In this document: positions 23,462-31,895 of the stretch, piece after piece
How positions within the stretch are numbered: position 1 is the stretch's first letter
Layout of the letters: the number at the start of each line of letters is the position of its first letter
Source: Thermofilum adornatum
GTDB taxonomy: Archaea > Thermoproteota > Thermoprotei > Thermofilales > Thermofilaceae
Length of the DNA: 32,000 nucleotides
Direction of reading: 5' to 3'
Assembly: GCF_000446015.1 (NCBI RefSeq)
Contig: NC_022093.1
Span: 900,001 to 932,000 of the forward strand
The notes under the pieces: model-generated
What the model was told of the DNA's origin: nothing
Database searches by the model: none
Seen by the model: the letters and a program-made list of their open reading frames with translations, nothing else
Program-made: the position numbers and the translations under genes

Positions 23462-24352
23462 ATGAATAGAGACATGTTAAGGATCATGCTATCTATACCA
23501 GGAGTTCTACTATTGAGCATAGATATTCTTTTGATTCTTGTTCTCTTCAAGGAATCTATCCCAGTCCTCACTTACGAGGGACTTCGCATATTCACGGAAT
23601 TTCAATGGAATGCAGCAGAAGATCCAGCAAAAGAAGTTTATGGAATAATTCCTCCCCTAGTTGGGTCTCTGTATGTGGCTATTCTTGCGATCATGTTTGC
23701 AGCATTTTTCTCGATTTCTCTAACTATTTTTATCCAGGAAATTTTTCCGTACAGGGCGCGTTTTGCAATTGAAGAACTAATTAATGTCGCGTCTACTTTT
23801 CCAACAGTTCTTTACGGCTTGTGGGGTCTTACACTTATTGTGCCACTGGTGAGACAGCTAGCTGTAAAGCTTGGATATGTCAATGTCACAGGAGCGAGCA
23901 TTGTAACGGCTGGACTAGTGTTGTCTATCATGATTGCTCCATACTCCACGGCGATAATTAAATCCGTATATGCATCTGTACCTTTATCATACATAGAGGC
24001 AATAGCTAGTTTAGGTGCTACAAAGATCGAGCGGGCCATCATCGTTTTAAAGATGATTTTTCCCGCCATAGTATCATCTCTTCTCCTTGGTTTTGGCAGA
24101 GCTGTTGGAGAGACCACTGCAGTTACCTTAGTAATAGGAAATGCCTACAGGTTGCCCTTGGATCCATTTTTACCTGCTTCAACTGTTACAAGCCTAATTG
24201 CTAATAATTTTGGAATGGCTACCTATTACAAGTACGAATATAGTGCATTAATGTTTGCAGCCCTCGTTCTCTTGATTACCAGCGCATTTTTTTCCTATAT
24301 TGGATTAAGGCTGGCCAACAGAAGTGTCAGAATTGTTAGAGGTGAGCAATAG
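23462..24352 (+). CDS. pstC: phosphate ABC transporter permease PstC
   Basis: The protein is polytopic. It carries the EAA-type loop EAIASLGATKIERAIIVLKMIFPAIVSSLLLGFGRAVGETTAV. Confidence 0.9.
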   Translation: MNRDMLRIMLSIPGVLLLSIDILLILVLFKESIPVLTYEGLRIFTEFQWNAAEDPAKEVYGIIPPLVGSLYVAILAIMFAAFFSISLTIFIQEIFPYRARFAIEELINVASTFPTVLYGLWGLTLIVPLVRQLAVKLGYVNVTGASIVTAGLVLSIMIAPYSTAIIKSVYASVPLSYIEAIASLGATKIERAIIVLKMIFPAIVSSLLLGFGRAVGETTAVTLVIGNAYRLPLDPFLPASTVTSLIANNFGMATYYKYEYSALMFAALVLLITSAFFSYIGLRLANRSVRIVRGEQ

Positions 24353-25191
24353 TGAATCTTCGCTCCATAAAAAATGAAATTGGTTTCTTATTGATCGTTT
24401 TATCTGTTGGATTTATTCTACTGGCGATTTTTTCCCTAATAATTGTACCCCTAATCCTTGGATTCAAAGTGATAATCGAAGCAGGACCAGCATTCTTTAC
24501 TACGGCACCTGCCGCTCCAGGTGAAGGGTCTCCCGGAGGAATCTATTATACGCTCATAGGTAGTTTCGTAATGATATCACTAGCAGTAGCCATCGCTTTT
24601 CCTATAGGTTTCTTGACAGGTGTATACATAAATGAATATCCACAGACCAGACTTGCAATACTGGCAGAAAGTGCATCACACTTCCTAAGCGAAGTTCCGA
24701 GTGTAATCCTCGGCATATTTATTTATGCAACATACGTTCTTGCGACTAAGAACACATCGCTAATTGCCGGTGCGTTGAGTCTTTCCTTGGCAATACTTCC
24801 ATATACAGTGGTTCAGGTGAGGGAATCTCTGAGAGTTATCCCCTTCATTTATAGGGAGGCCGCACACAGTTTAGGATTACCTAGGTGGAAGACTGTCTTC
24901 TTTGTACTTGTTCCAATGAATTTGAGGGGTATACTTGTCGGGCTTCTCTCAGCTTTTCTCAGGGCATTCAGCGAGACAGCACCTGTGCTCTTCACTGCTG
25001 GAGCAGCATTTTATGGCTTCTATGGATTAGACGGCCCCTCAAGCACATTGCCTCTCCTCGTATGGAACTTCGCAAAGACACCATATGAAAACTGGCAAAA
25101 ACTGGCATGGGGCGCGAGCTCTATACTTGCACTTGTTAGCATCTCCTTATCTCTCATTATTAGGAAAGCTACAAAAGAGGTGAGATTCTAA
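24352..25191 (+). CDS. pstA: phosphate ABC transporter permease PstA
   Basis: The GTG start overlaps the pstC stop by 1 nt. The characteristic loop is REAAHSLGLPRWKTVFFVLVPMNLRGILVGLLSAFLRAFSETAPVLFT. Confidence 0.9.
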   Translation: MNLRSIKNEIGFLLIVLSVGFILLAIFSLIIVPLILGFKVIIEAGPAFFTTAPAAPGEGSPGGIYYTLIGSFVMISLAVAIAFPIGFLTGVYINEYPQTRLAILAESASHFLSEVPSVILGIFIYATYVLATKNTSLIAGALSLSLAILPYTVVQVRESLRVIPFIYREAAHSLGLPRWKTVFFVLVPMNLRGILVGLLSAFLRAFSETAPVLFTAGAAFYGFYGLDGPSSTLPLLVWNFAKTPYENWQKLAWGASSILALVSISLSLIIRKATKEVRF

Positions 25192-25976
25192 TGGAAAATC
25201 CAGCTGTCCGAATCCAAAACTTAAATGTTTACTATGGAAATGAACAAGTTCTTTTTAACATCAACCTCAGTGTTCCAAGAAACAGCGTATACGCCATATT
25301 GGGCCCCTCTGGATGTGGAAAATCTACCCTGCTAAGGACGATAAATCGATTAATAGAGCTTAGACCAGAGGCCAGAGTTGAAGGAAAAGTCGAGATAATG
25401 GGCATAGATGTTTACAGGGAGCTCCCCCGCGAACAAGTGGCACGGCTAGCTGGAATGGTTTTCCAAATGCCAAACCCGTTGCCTCACCTCTCGATATATG
25501 ACAACGTCGCGCTGGGACCAAGGCTACACGGAGTAGCTAAAGGCAGAAAACTAGATGAAATAGTAAGAGAAGCCCTTGAACAGGCAGGATTGTGGGAAGA
25601 AGTTAAAAACAAACTGAAAAAGCCGGCAACTTCTCTTAGTGGCGGACAACAACAACGCTTGTGCATTGCAAGGGCGCTTGCCTTGCGTCCGCCGGTTCTA
25701 CTAATGGATGAGCCCACAGCCAATTTAGACCCCGTTAATGAATCAAAAATAGAAGAACTCATACGAAAGCTTTCACGTGAAACAACAATAATAATTGTTA
25801 CCCATGACCCGGAACAAGCCAAGAGAGTCGCAAATAGAGGAGCAATTATCTTCAAAGGAAAAATAGTAAAAGAAAACTTTATCGACAGCTTGTTCGCTGT
25901 CCCCTACTACGACCTAATACAAAAACTAACACTGGAAGAGAGAATGATAATTGAAGCATTACAGGAAAAAAGATAG
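25191..25976 (+). CDS. pstB: phosphate ABC transporter ATP-binding protein PstB
   Basis: Walker A is GPSGCGKST, the signature is LSGGQQQRLCIARALA, and Walker B is LLMDEPTANLD. The ATG overlaps the pstA stop as TAATG. Confidence 0.95.
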   Translation: MENPAVRIQNLNVYYGNEQVLFNINLSVPRNSVYAILGPSGCGKSTLLRTINRLIELRPEARVEGKVEIMGIDVYRELPREQVARLAGMVFQMPNPLPHLSIYDNVALGPRLHGVAKGRKLDEIVREALEQAGLWEEVKNKLKKPATSLSGGQQQRLCIARALALRPPVLLMDEPTANLDPVNESKIEELIRKLSRETTIIIVTHDPEQAKRVANRGAIIFKGKIVKENFIDSLFAVPYYDLIQKLTLEERMIIEALQEKR

Positions 25977-25980
25977 ATAA

Positions 25981-25985
25981 TTTTT
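25981..25985 (+). terminator. oligo-T tract downstream of pstB
   Basis: A T5 run lies 5 nt after the pstB stop. Confidence 0.35.
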
Positions 25986-26043
25986 CTCACTTTATGACTG
26001 TATACTAAGACTAAAATTTTAAGAGTGTTGTTGCGTCCTATAA

Positions 26044-26652
26044 ATGATCAAAATGAAAGCTTTGAAGATACTCAGAACACTGTTACTGGTCCTTGGTCCC
26101 CTCAGCTTCCTAGTCTTCCTTGTTACAGTCTATTTCGCAGCCTCTTGTAACCCGTGGTGGAATTTCTTTAAAGGTGCATTTAGCGACCTAGGCTCGCCTA
26201 GGGCCACGAATCCATGGATATTTAATATTGGCCTTATGACTATGGGAACAATTATTGCCTTATATTCCCTAGGCATCCTTTGGTCTGTCGAAACAAAGCT
26301 TGAAGGCTTCGCCTCCGGCCTCCTTTTTGTCTCAGGCATATTTCTGTTCCTAATAGGATATTATCCCAGCGGAACAAAACCCCACACATTTGTATCCACG
26401 TGGTTCTACCTTCAGTCCTTCCTGACTTCAGCATTTCTCGGTCTAGCGCTTCTCGCAAAGAAGGAGAAACTTTTTGGTTCAATATTGTTTCTCTTGGGTA
26501 TTCTCCCAGTACCTCTCGGCTACTTAATACAATTAACCATAGGGTGGCCCTCCGTTGCAGTTCTGGAGCTCGCCGGGGCATTATTCATTGAAGCCAGCGC
26601 TTTGACGGCATCAATCTATTTCCTTAGAATCGTGAAAGCAAAAACAACATAA
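26044..26652 (+). CDS. membrane protein, DUF998-like
   Basis: There are about six hydrophobic helices. FSDLGS after the first helix, followed by FNIGLMTMG, resembles the DUF998 family pattern. Confidence 0.6.
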   Translation: MIKMKALKILRTLLLVLGPLSFLVFLVTVYFAASCNPWWNFFKGAFSDLGSPRATNPWIFNIGLMTMGTIIALYSLGILWSVETKLEGFASGLLFVSGIFLFLIGYYPSGTKPHTFVSTWFYLQSFLTSAFLGLALLAKKEKLFGSILFLLGILPVPLGYLIQLTIGWPSVAVLELAGALFIEASALTASIYFLRIVKAKTT

Positions 26653-26691
26653 GGAATATAAGCATAGTTTTTTATATATTATAGACACACA

Positions 26692-27156
26692 ATGCATTCA
26701 ACGCCTCCCCAGACGCTTATCAACTTGGTGTCTAGGCTTGTATCAAGGCTTGAGCTAGGAGAAGCGGCCTCAAAGGTTCTTGCAACACTTATTCTATCCG
26801 AGTTTCCACTTTCCCAGACAGAAATTGTCCACCTGACTGGATACAGTTTAAGCCAAGTAAGCTCCGCACTTTCCTTGCTTGTCAGCGTTGGCTTAGTATC
26901 CTTTGTTAAAAGTGGAAGGAAAAAGTTATACTTTTCAGATAAGGGCATCGACGAGTTATTGGGAGAGATAGCCCGCAAAATGATTGAGAAAGACCTGAAG
27001 CCTCTTGCAAGGGAACTTGAAAAGCTCCCCAAAGAGCGTGAAAAAATCCAGTCTTTGATGGATGAATGTAACCAAGCTATCGAGAAGCTTCAGGAGACTT
27101 TCCTATTAGATACACTGAAAAATATGAGAAGCATGAACGCAAAAATTAACAGGTAG
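26692..27156 (+). CDS. winged-helix transcriptional regulator (MarR/GbsR/TrmB-like) with C-terminal coiled coil
   Basis: LSQTEIVHLTGYSLSQVSSALSLLVSVGLVSFVKSGRKKLY reads as a helix-turn-helix plus wing. The C-terminal part is a charged helical tail. Confidence 0.7.
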   Translation: MHSTPPQTLINLVSRLVSRLELGEAASKVLATLILSEFPLSQTEIVHLTGYSLSQVSSALSLLVSVGLVSFVKSGRKKLYFSDKGIDELLGEIARKMIEKDLKPLARELEKLPKEREKIQSLMDECNQAIEKLQETFLLDTLKNMRSMNAKINR

Positions 27157-27190
27157 CCACGGAAAAAATACTAATAATAATCAAGACACT

Positions 27191-28465
27191 CTAAGGACTT
27201 TTAATCATTTCAAGGATCCTTGGAAGGAGTTCATAGCCGTGCTGGAATACTCCAAGCGAACCTCGACTGCACTCCTTTTCTGTAAGCCTTTTTAATCCGT
27301 CCTGCTTGTTTCTAGGTAGCATTAAAACTACGGGTACTGGGTCATCTGTGTGAGATTTACGAGTATAAGGAGTGGCGTGGTCAGCTGTAACCAGCAAAGC
27401 AATTTCTTTGCCGCTAATTTGTTCTAGGAGAGGACCAACATAGTATCTATCAATTAGCTCTATAGATTCTACTTTTCTTTTCACGTCTCCATCGTGTCCA
27501 GGCTCATCGGGCCCCTTTAGATGAACATAGACGACATCGTTTCGCTCCAACAACTTCATGGTGGCTTCAAGCCTAATCTTGTAATCCACGGCTTTGTCCT
27601 CTGTAGGAGGCGGCACACTTTCCATGTCCATTTTCAATATTCTCGCGATTCCTATTTCCACAGGCATCTCGGCTACAGCGCCAAACCTTAAGCCAAATTT
27701 CTTGTTTATTTCTTCTAGCCTTGGAAGTCTTCCCCCAGAATCCCTCAGTAAAATTACGTTTGCAGGCATCTTACCGTTCTTTATTCTTTCCTGGTTGATT
27801 GGGTGGTCTTTAAGTATCTGGATTATCTTCTCGGTAAACTTGTTGACGAGAGTAGCCATGATTCTTGCCTCCTCTGTTCCGTCCAGTGGTTTTGCCTCTG
27901 CTACGTAGGGCTCAAATGAAGATTTTGCAATCGAGACATAACCATGCTTCTCATAAGCAGGATCTGTATTGCTGACATTGTCTGACACCCTGTGAGTCTT
28001 GCTTCCGATAATCACTACAGCCCTATGTCCAACAGTCGCAACTACACGTGCATACCCATCGTAGACTCCTAGCTCCAAACCGTCTACTGCCTTGGCAAGC
28101 TCGTGGGCCTCTTCGCTAGAAAGGTTTCTTCCGCATCTCCTATCAAGGATTTTTCTCGTCTTTGGGTCTATGGTAGCAAAATTGGCCCTAAATGCAACCT
28201 CGTAACCTTCTCTCAGCTCTAACCCTGCACCCACAGCCTCAACGGGTCCACGGCCAGTATATTCTTTATGTGGGTCGTATCCGAGGATTGACATTACAGC
28301 TGCGTCGCTTTCGGGAGCAATGCCTTTTCCAACAGTATACATTAAACCGCATCTAGAGAGCGAAGCAACCTTATCGAGAAACGGTTTGTTTGCTAGCTCT
28401 AGAGATGTAGGACCATCTTCAGGCTTGTCTGCAACACCATCTAGTACAAGATAAATCAGCTTCAC
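27191..28465 (-). CDS. apgM: 2,3-bisphosphoglycerate-independent phosphoglycerate mutase, archaeal type
   Basis: GTG start. KLIYLVLDGVADKP, ESDAAVMSILGYDP and YTGRGPVEAVGAGLEL match the archaeal iPGM (ApgM) family. LKGPDEPGHDGD and TADHATP are metal-site motifs. Confidence 0.92.
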   Translation of the reverse strand: MKLIYLVLDGVADKPEDGPTSLELANKPFLDKVASLSRCGLMYTVGKGIAPESDAAVMSILGYDPHKEYTGRGPVEAVGAGLELREGYEVAFRANFATIDPKTRKILDRRCGRNLSSEEAHELAKAVDGLELGVYDGYARVVATVGHRAVVIIGSKTHRVSDNVSNTDPAYEKHGYVSIAKSSFEPYVAEAKPLDGTEEARIMATLVNKFTEKIIQILKDHPINQERIKNGKMPANVILLRDSGGRLPRLEEINKKFGLRFGAVAEMPVEIGIARILKMDMESVPPPTEDKAVDYKIRLEATMKLLERNDVVYVHLKGPDEPGHDGDVKRKVESIELIDRYYVGPLLEQISGKEIALLVTADHATPYTRKSHTDDPVPVVLMLPRNKQDGLKRLTEKECSRGSLGVFQHGYELLPRILEMIKSP

Positions 28466-28514
28466 ATGTCAAGTATAGGGATCTTGTGATAAAAACGTTG
28501 CTATATATTGCTCA

Positions 28515-28799
28515 TTACTTTTTCGCTACTTCGCTTTGTTCGATATATTTAAACCATCCCTCGAGAGTCTTTGGGTCAACTTCTTCACGGACACCTCCCC
28601 TACTCAATATAACCTTCTCAACAACAAGATCGCTTCCCTCCTTCGACCCAATAATCCTTATCTCTGCATTTTCTCCCAGGACTTCTTCGAGAGACAAGGA
28701 AGAAAAAGCAACAATAACTTTCTCTCCTGACTCGTCCCAACTGTAAAGCCCCGCCTTCGAAGTAAACATCCTCAACTTGTCAATACTAACTCTTATCAC
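28515..28799 (-). CDS. hypothetical small protein (94 aa)
   Basis: GTG start; an internal ATG occurs at residue 11. Its charged, thermophile-like composition contrasts with the Ser-rich overlapping plus-strand ORF 28486-28746. It lies 49 nt upstream of apgM on the same strand. Confidence 0.5.
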   Translation of the reverse strand: MIRVSIDKLRMFTSKAGLYSWDESGEKVIVAFSSLSLEEVLGENAEIRIIGSKEGSDLVVEKVILSRGGVREEVDPKTLEGWFKYIEQSEVAKK

Positions 28800-29009
28800 A
28801 TGGGTTTAGTAAAAAAGACAAAGATAAATCTTTCATTTTTATCAGTAAAAGTTTTACATATTTTTTCTTAAGGCGATCCATGTTTTTGTTTTTTAGGAGG
28901 GTTCTCAAAAATATCCTTAATCTGACCAATTTATGGCTCTAAATTTTTACACACGACTAATACGCTAAGACTTAAAGCCATCAAAATAACGAGACTTAAG
29001 GGGTCCATC

Positions 29010-29807
29010 ATGCAAACCATACCAGACATGAATTGGGAAGCTGTAACTGAACACATAGCTCGAGAACTGCGGAATTACATTGTCCGAGAGGCAGGTAAAA
29101 GCGGGGGAGTAATTGGAGTTAGCGGAGGGGTCGACAGCGCTGTGACACTGCTATTAACTGTGCGGGCTATTGGAGCACAAAACGTACATGCATTGATTCT
29201 ACCTTCAAAGACTACACCCAAAGAAGATCTTGAAGATGCTTTTTCTGTCTTAGAATTGGCAAGGGTCCCCAAGGAAAACATAGAGGTTATCAATATTGAA
29301 CCAATCTTGGAGAGCTTTGAGAAAAACCTGGGAGATTTAACCAAAGAGGAGAGAGGAAACCTTGCAGCCCGTGTCAGAATGTGCATTCTGCACCAAAGAG
29401 CATATAGGAAAAACGCCTTGGTCATAGGGACAGGGGATAAAAGTGAGCTTCTTCTCGGATACTTTACAAAGTATGGTGACGGTGGAGTAGATATATTGCC
29501 AATAGGAGATCTATACAAGACACAGGTCAGAAAACTTGGAGTTTTCTTAGGGCTTCCAGAACGAATAGCGTTTAAGCCTAGTAGCCCCAGGCTGTGGCCA
29601 GGACAAACCGCCGAGGGCGAACTTGGGCTAAGCTATGAAATAGCTGACCTGATCCTTTACAGTATCTTTGAGATGGGTATAGCTCCTGAGAAAGTCCCCG
29701 AAAACCTTCACATAGAGAAAAAATACGTAGATCGCGTCATGGAGCTTTACAAGAGGAGTGAACATAAACGGAATCCACCCAAAATAATCAGGGTCAGCAG
29801 ACATTAA
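29010..29807 (+). CDS. nadE: NH3-dependent NAD+ synthetase
   Basis: The PP-loop is GVSGGVDSAV. LLGYFTKYGDGGVDILPIGDLYKTQVRKL matches the NadE consensus. The protein is 265 aa. Confidence 0.93.
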   Translation: MQTIPDMNWEAVTEHIARELRNYIVREAGKSGGVIGVSGGVDSAVTLLLTVRAIGAQNVHALILPSKTTPKEDLEDAFSVLELARVPKENIEVINIEPILESFEKNLGDLTKEERGNLAARVRMCILHQRAYRKNALVIGTGDKSELLLGYFTKYGDGGVDILPIGDLYKTQVRKLGVFLGLPERIAFKPSSPRLWPGQTAEGELGLSYEIADLILYSIFEMGIAPEKVPENLHIEKKYVDRVMELYKRSEHKRNPPKIIRVSRH

Positions 29808-29844
29808 AAGAAAGTTCTGCGTTTTCGATGAAAGCCTTCTCGCT

Positions 29845-31134
29845 CTAGCTACCCTCAAAGCTCCTAATTACCTCGTCCACTTTATAGGTTAGCTGGCGGT
29901 ACCAAAAAAGAAGGAGAGGGGATAGAAGAAGCCTCAAAAGAAGGCTTGAAACGAAAGGAGATGTAGGTCCCAGGTTATTATACATCCAGCCACCTATCAG
30001 AGCTCCTAGACTCCACGTAAACGACGGGAATAGCCCCCAGAGGGCATAGACTCTCCCCCTATACTCCTTTGGGACAAGGTCTGCCCTCAAAGAAGAATAA
30101 GCCAGGCCATAAAATACGCCTGCAACTGAGCCTATAGTGGTGGACAGGAGCAATAGAGGAAGAGTGAGCCAGGAAGACGGTGGAGCCAAAACGAAGATTA
30201 CTTGGCTTAATGTTCCTAGAAGAAAGCCTAGTGTTATAGAAAAGTTTCTTCCACGCGTATCAACAATCTTCCCAACGGGTAGAAGAAGCAATAGATTCAC
30301 AACGCTTCCAACTGTAGCTAGGATAGCTAGACCATTCTTGTCAACCTCTAGATAATAATACATATAATAGTTCCCAAGAAAAGTCATTGCACCTACAAGA
30401 TTGAGCAAAATATCGGTAGTCATCAAAAGGTATGTTTCATGGCTGATTTTTCTAAGGGCATCAATGTAGGAGAACAAAAAGTTTCCACTGGCGTTTATTG
30501 TGTCTTTTGTGGTTATGGTTTCTTCTATCCAGAAAAGACGCGAAAGGGCCGTGATGATGCCTGTTAGAAAAGATAGGAAAAAGATTATCCTCACGCCCTC
30601 AACTATTCCAAATATATTCACAAGGTAGGCACCGCCAAGCGGTGAAAGCGACGAGGCAAGTCCAGGCACTAGACTGAGAATCGCGTTCATCCTGCCCCTC
30701 AATGATATTGGTACAGAGTCTGCCTGTATCCCCTCAAGGGCCGGCTGGTAAAAAAGTGAGATGCCATTCAGGACGTTTGAGATAGCATATGTTTGCCAGT
30801 CTGGAGCTATCGCCATTAATAGGTATGTCCCAGCTACTAAGAGTGTTCCAATCCAGAGAATCTTCTTTCTGCCATACTTATCGGAGAGAAATCCGCCGAG
30901 AAGCCTTGAAAAAGAGTTAGCGATCTGTGTGGCTGATTGCACAAGCGAGATGTCCTCTGGGGAAGCGCCTAGCTTGCTAACATATAGCTGTGTATATGGT
31001 CCGGCCATTGCCTGGACAGGTGACCAAACTAGCCAGCCGAATGCCAGTACCCGTATGTTTTTCGGGATTTTCGTAAAGGAGTCTTTTACCTTTGCAAGCC
31101 ACTTAGCCACAATGATGCAAAAAGCAGGACACAA
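29845..31134 (-). CDS. MFS transporter
   Basis: There are about 12 hydrophobic helices. The MFS loop-like motif GGFLSDKYGRKKI lies between TM2 and TM3, with a second half-repeat motif GKIVDTRGRN. The start is uncertain: TTG at 31134, or GTG at 31108-31110. Confidence 0.8.
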   Translation of the reverse strand: MCPAFCIIVAKWLAKVKDSFTKIPKNIRVLAFGWLVWSPVQAMAGPYTQLYVSKLGASPEDISLVQSATQIANSFSRLLGGFLSDKYGRKKILWIGTLLVAGTYLLMAIAPDWQTYAISNVLNGISLFYQPALEGIQADSVPISLRGRMNAILSLVPGLASSLSPLGGAYLVNIFGIVEGVRIIFFLSFLTGIITALSRLFWIEETITTKDTINASGNFLFSYIDALRKISHETYLLMTTDILLNLVGAMTFLGNYYMYYYLEVDKNGLAILATVGSVVNLLLLLPVGKIVDTRGRNFSITLGFLLGTLSQVIFVLAPPSSWLTLPLLLLSTTIGSVAGVFYGLAYSSLRADLVPKEYRGRVYALWGLFPSFTWSLGALIGGWMYNNLGPTSPFVSSLLLRLLLSPLLLFWYRQLTYKVDEVIRSFEGS

Positions 31135-31154
31135 TTAAATCTTTTTTAGGATTC

Positions 31155-31886
31155 TTAACGCGTACTCTGCCCGAAGCTGCATGGAGCTATCTCAGTCTGT
31201 AGACCAGCCTCGTCAAGAATGTTCCTAGGGATGGGAGGTTCTCCCTCCCAAATAATCTTCTTATTGCTAAGAATGTAGACATAGTCACTTATTTTCTCAG
31301 CCAGGGCTACATCTTGGCTAGCCAGCAGTATTCCCCTCGATTTTCTGAGGTCGCATAAAAGTTTGAGGAAGAGGGCAGTGGTCTTGGGATCAAGGTTAGC
31401 AAACGGCTCATCTAGGAGGAGATATGTTGGGTCGTATATAATTATGCTTGCTAGCGCCACTCTCCTTTTTTCACCGAAGCTTAGCGCATGGACAGGTTTA
31501 TTCAACAAATGTTCTAGATGGAGCATGTTAGCTACAAGTTGGATCTTTGCCTCTACTTCTCCGCGTGTCAATTCTAACTGGCTTAACGTAAAGAGAAGCT
31601 CATCTCGGACCGTTGGGCTGAATAAATGGTCATCTGGGTTCTGGAACATTACACCAATATACCTCCTAGCGCCTGGCAACATTTCAAACAGATTTTTGCC
31701 ATCAAGTAGAACCTCGCCAGAAAGCGGCCTCAGAAGACCAGAAACAAGCAGTAACAGTGTGGTTTTGCCAGAACCATTTGGTCCCAAGACAGTTTGGATT
31801 CTTCCAGTCTTTACTTGGATAGATACATTCTCAAGCACCAAGTCATCTTTAAGGTAAGAAAATGTAAGATTTCTACCTTCCAGCAT
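31155..31886 (-). CDS. ABC transporter ATP-binding protein, ECF/CbiO-type energy-coupling ATPase
   Basis: Walker A is GPNGSGKTT. The signature LSFGEKRRVALA is a variant of LSGGQ. Walker B is YLLLDEPFANLD. FQNPDDHLF is typical of CbiO/EcfA proteins. Confidence 0.85.
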   Translation of the reverse strand: MLEGRNLTFSYLKDDLVLENVSIQVKTGRIQTVLGPNGSGKTTLLLLVSGLLRPLSGEVLLDGKNLFEMLPGARRYIGVMFQNPDDHLFSPTVRDELLFTLSQLELTRGEVEAKIQLVANMLHLEHLLNKPVHALSFGEKRRVALASIIIYDPTYLLLDEPFANLDPKTTALFLKLLCDLRKSRGILLASQDVALAEKISDYVYILSNKKIIWEGEPPIPRNILDEAGLQTEIAPCSFGQSTR

Positions 31887-31895
31887 AGTGCTCTC

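Noticed and set aside
22205-25191. Apparent lower GC of pstS/pstC/pstA than of neighbours such as moeA, read as a sign of horizontal transfer. Single 60-nt lines I counted gave 35% versus 58% GC.
   Set aside because: The samples are tiny, and membrane-protein genes are intrinsically AT-richer. There are no flanking tRNA, integrase or repeat boundaries. A windowed GC/GC3 and codon-usage calculation is needed before any claim.
28486-28746. An 86-aa plus-strand ORF overlapping the 94-aa minus-strand ORF.
   Set aside because: Its translation is Ser/Thr/Pro-rich and hydrophobic-poor, with no upstream promoter context. The minus-strand product has typical thermophile composition and sits in line with apgM.
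28880-28942. A 20-codon sORF (MFLFFRRVLKNILNLTNLWL) in the nadE upstream gap.
   Set aside because: There is no SD or TATA in a suitable position. It is encoded by T-tract-rich sequence and is indistinguishable from chance.
30551-30557. C/D-box sRNA search. GTGATGA lies here, antisense to the MFS gene. Other TGATGA or TCATCA occurrences were seen near 1962, 5353, 9843, 11052, 11953 and 22339.
   Set aside because: None has a CTGA D box at the expected 45-65 nt distance with terminal complementarity. All lie inside coding sequence. No convincing sRNA could be called by eye, so a covariance-model scan would be needed.
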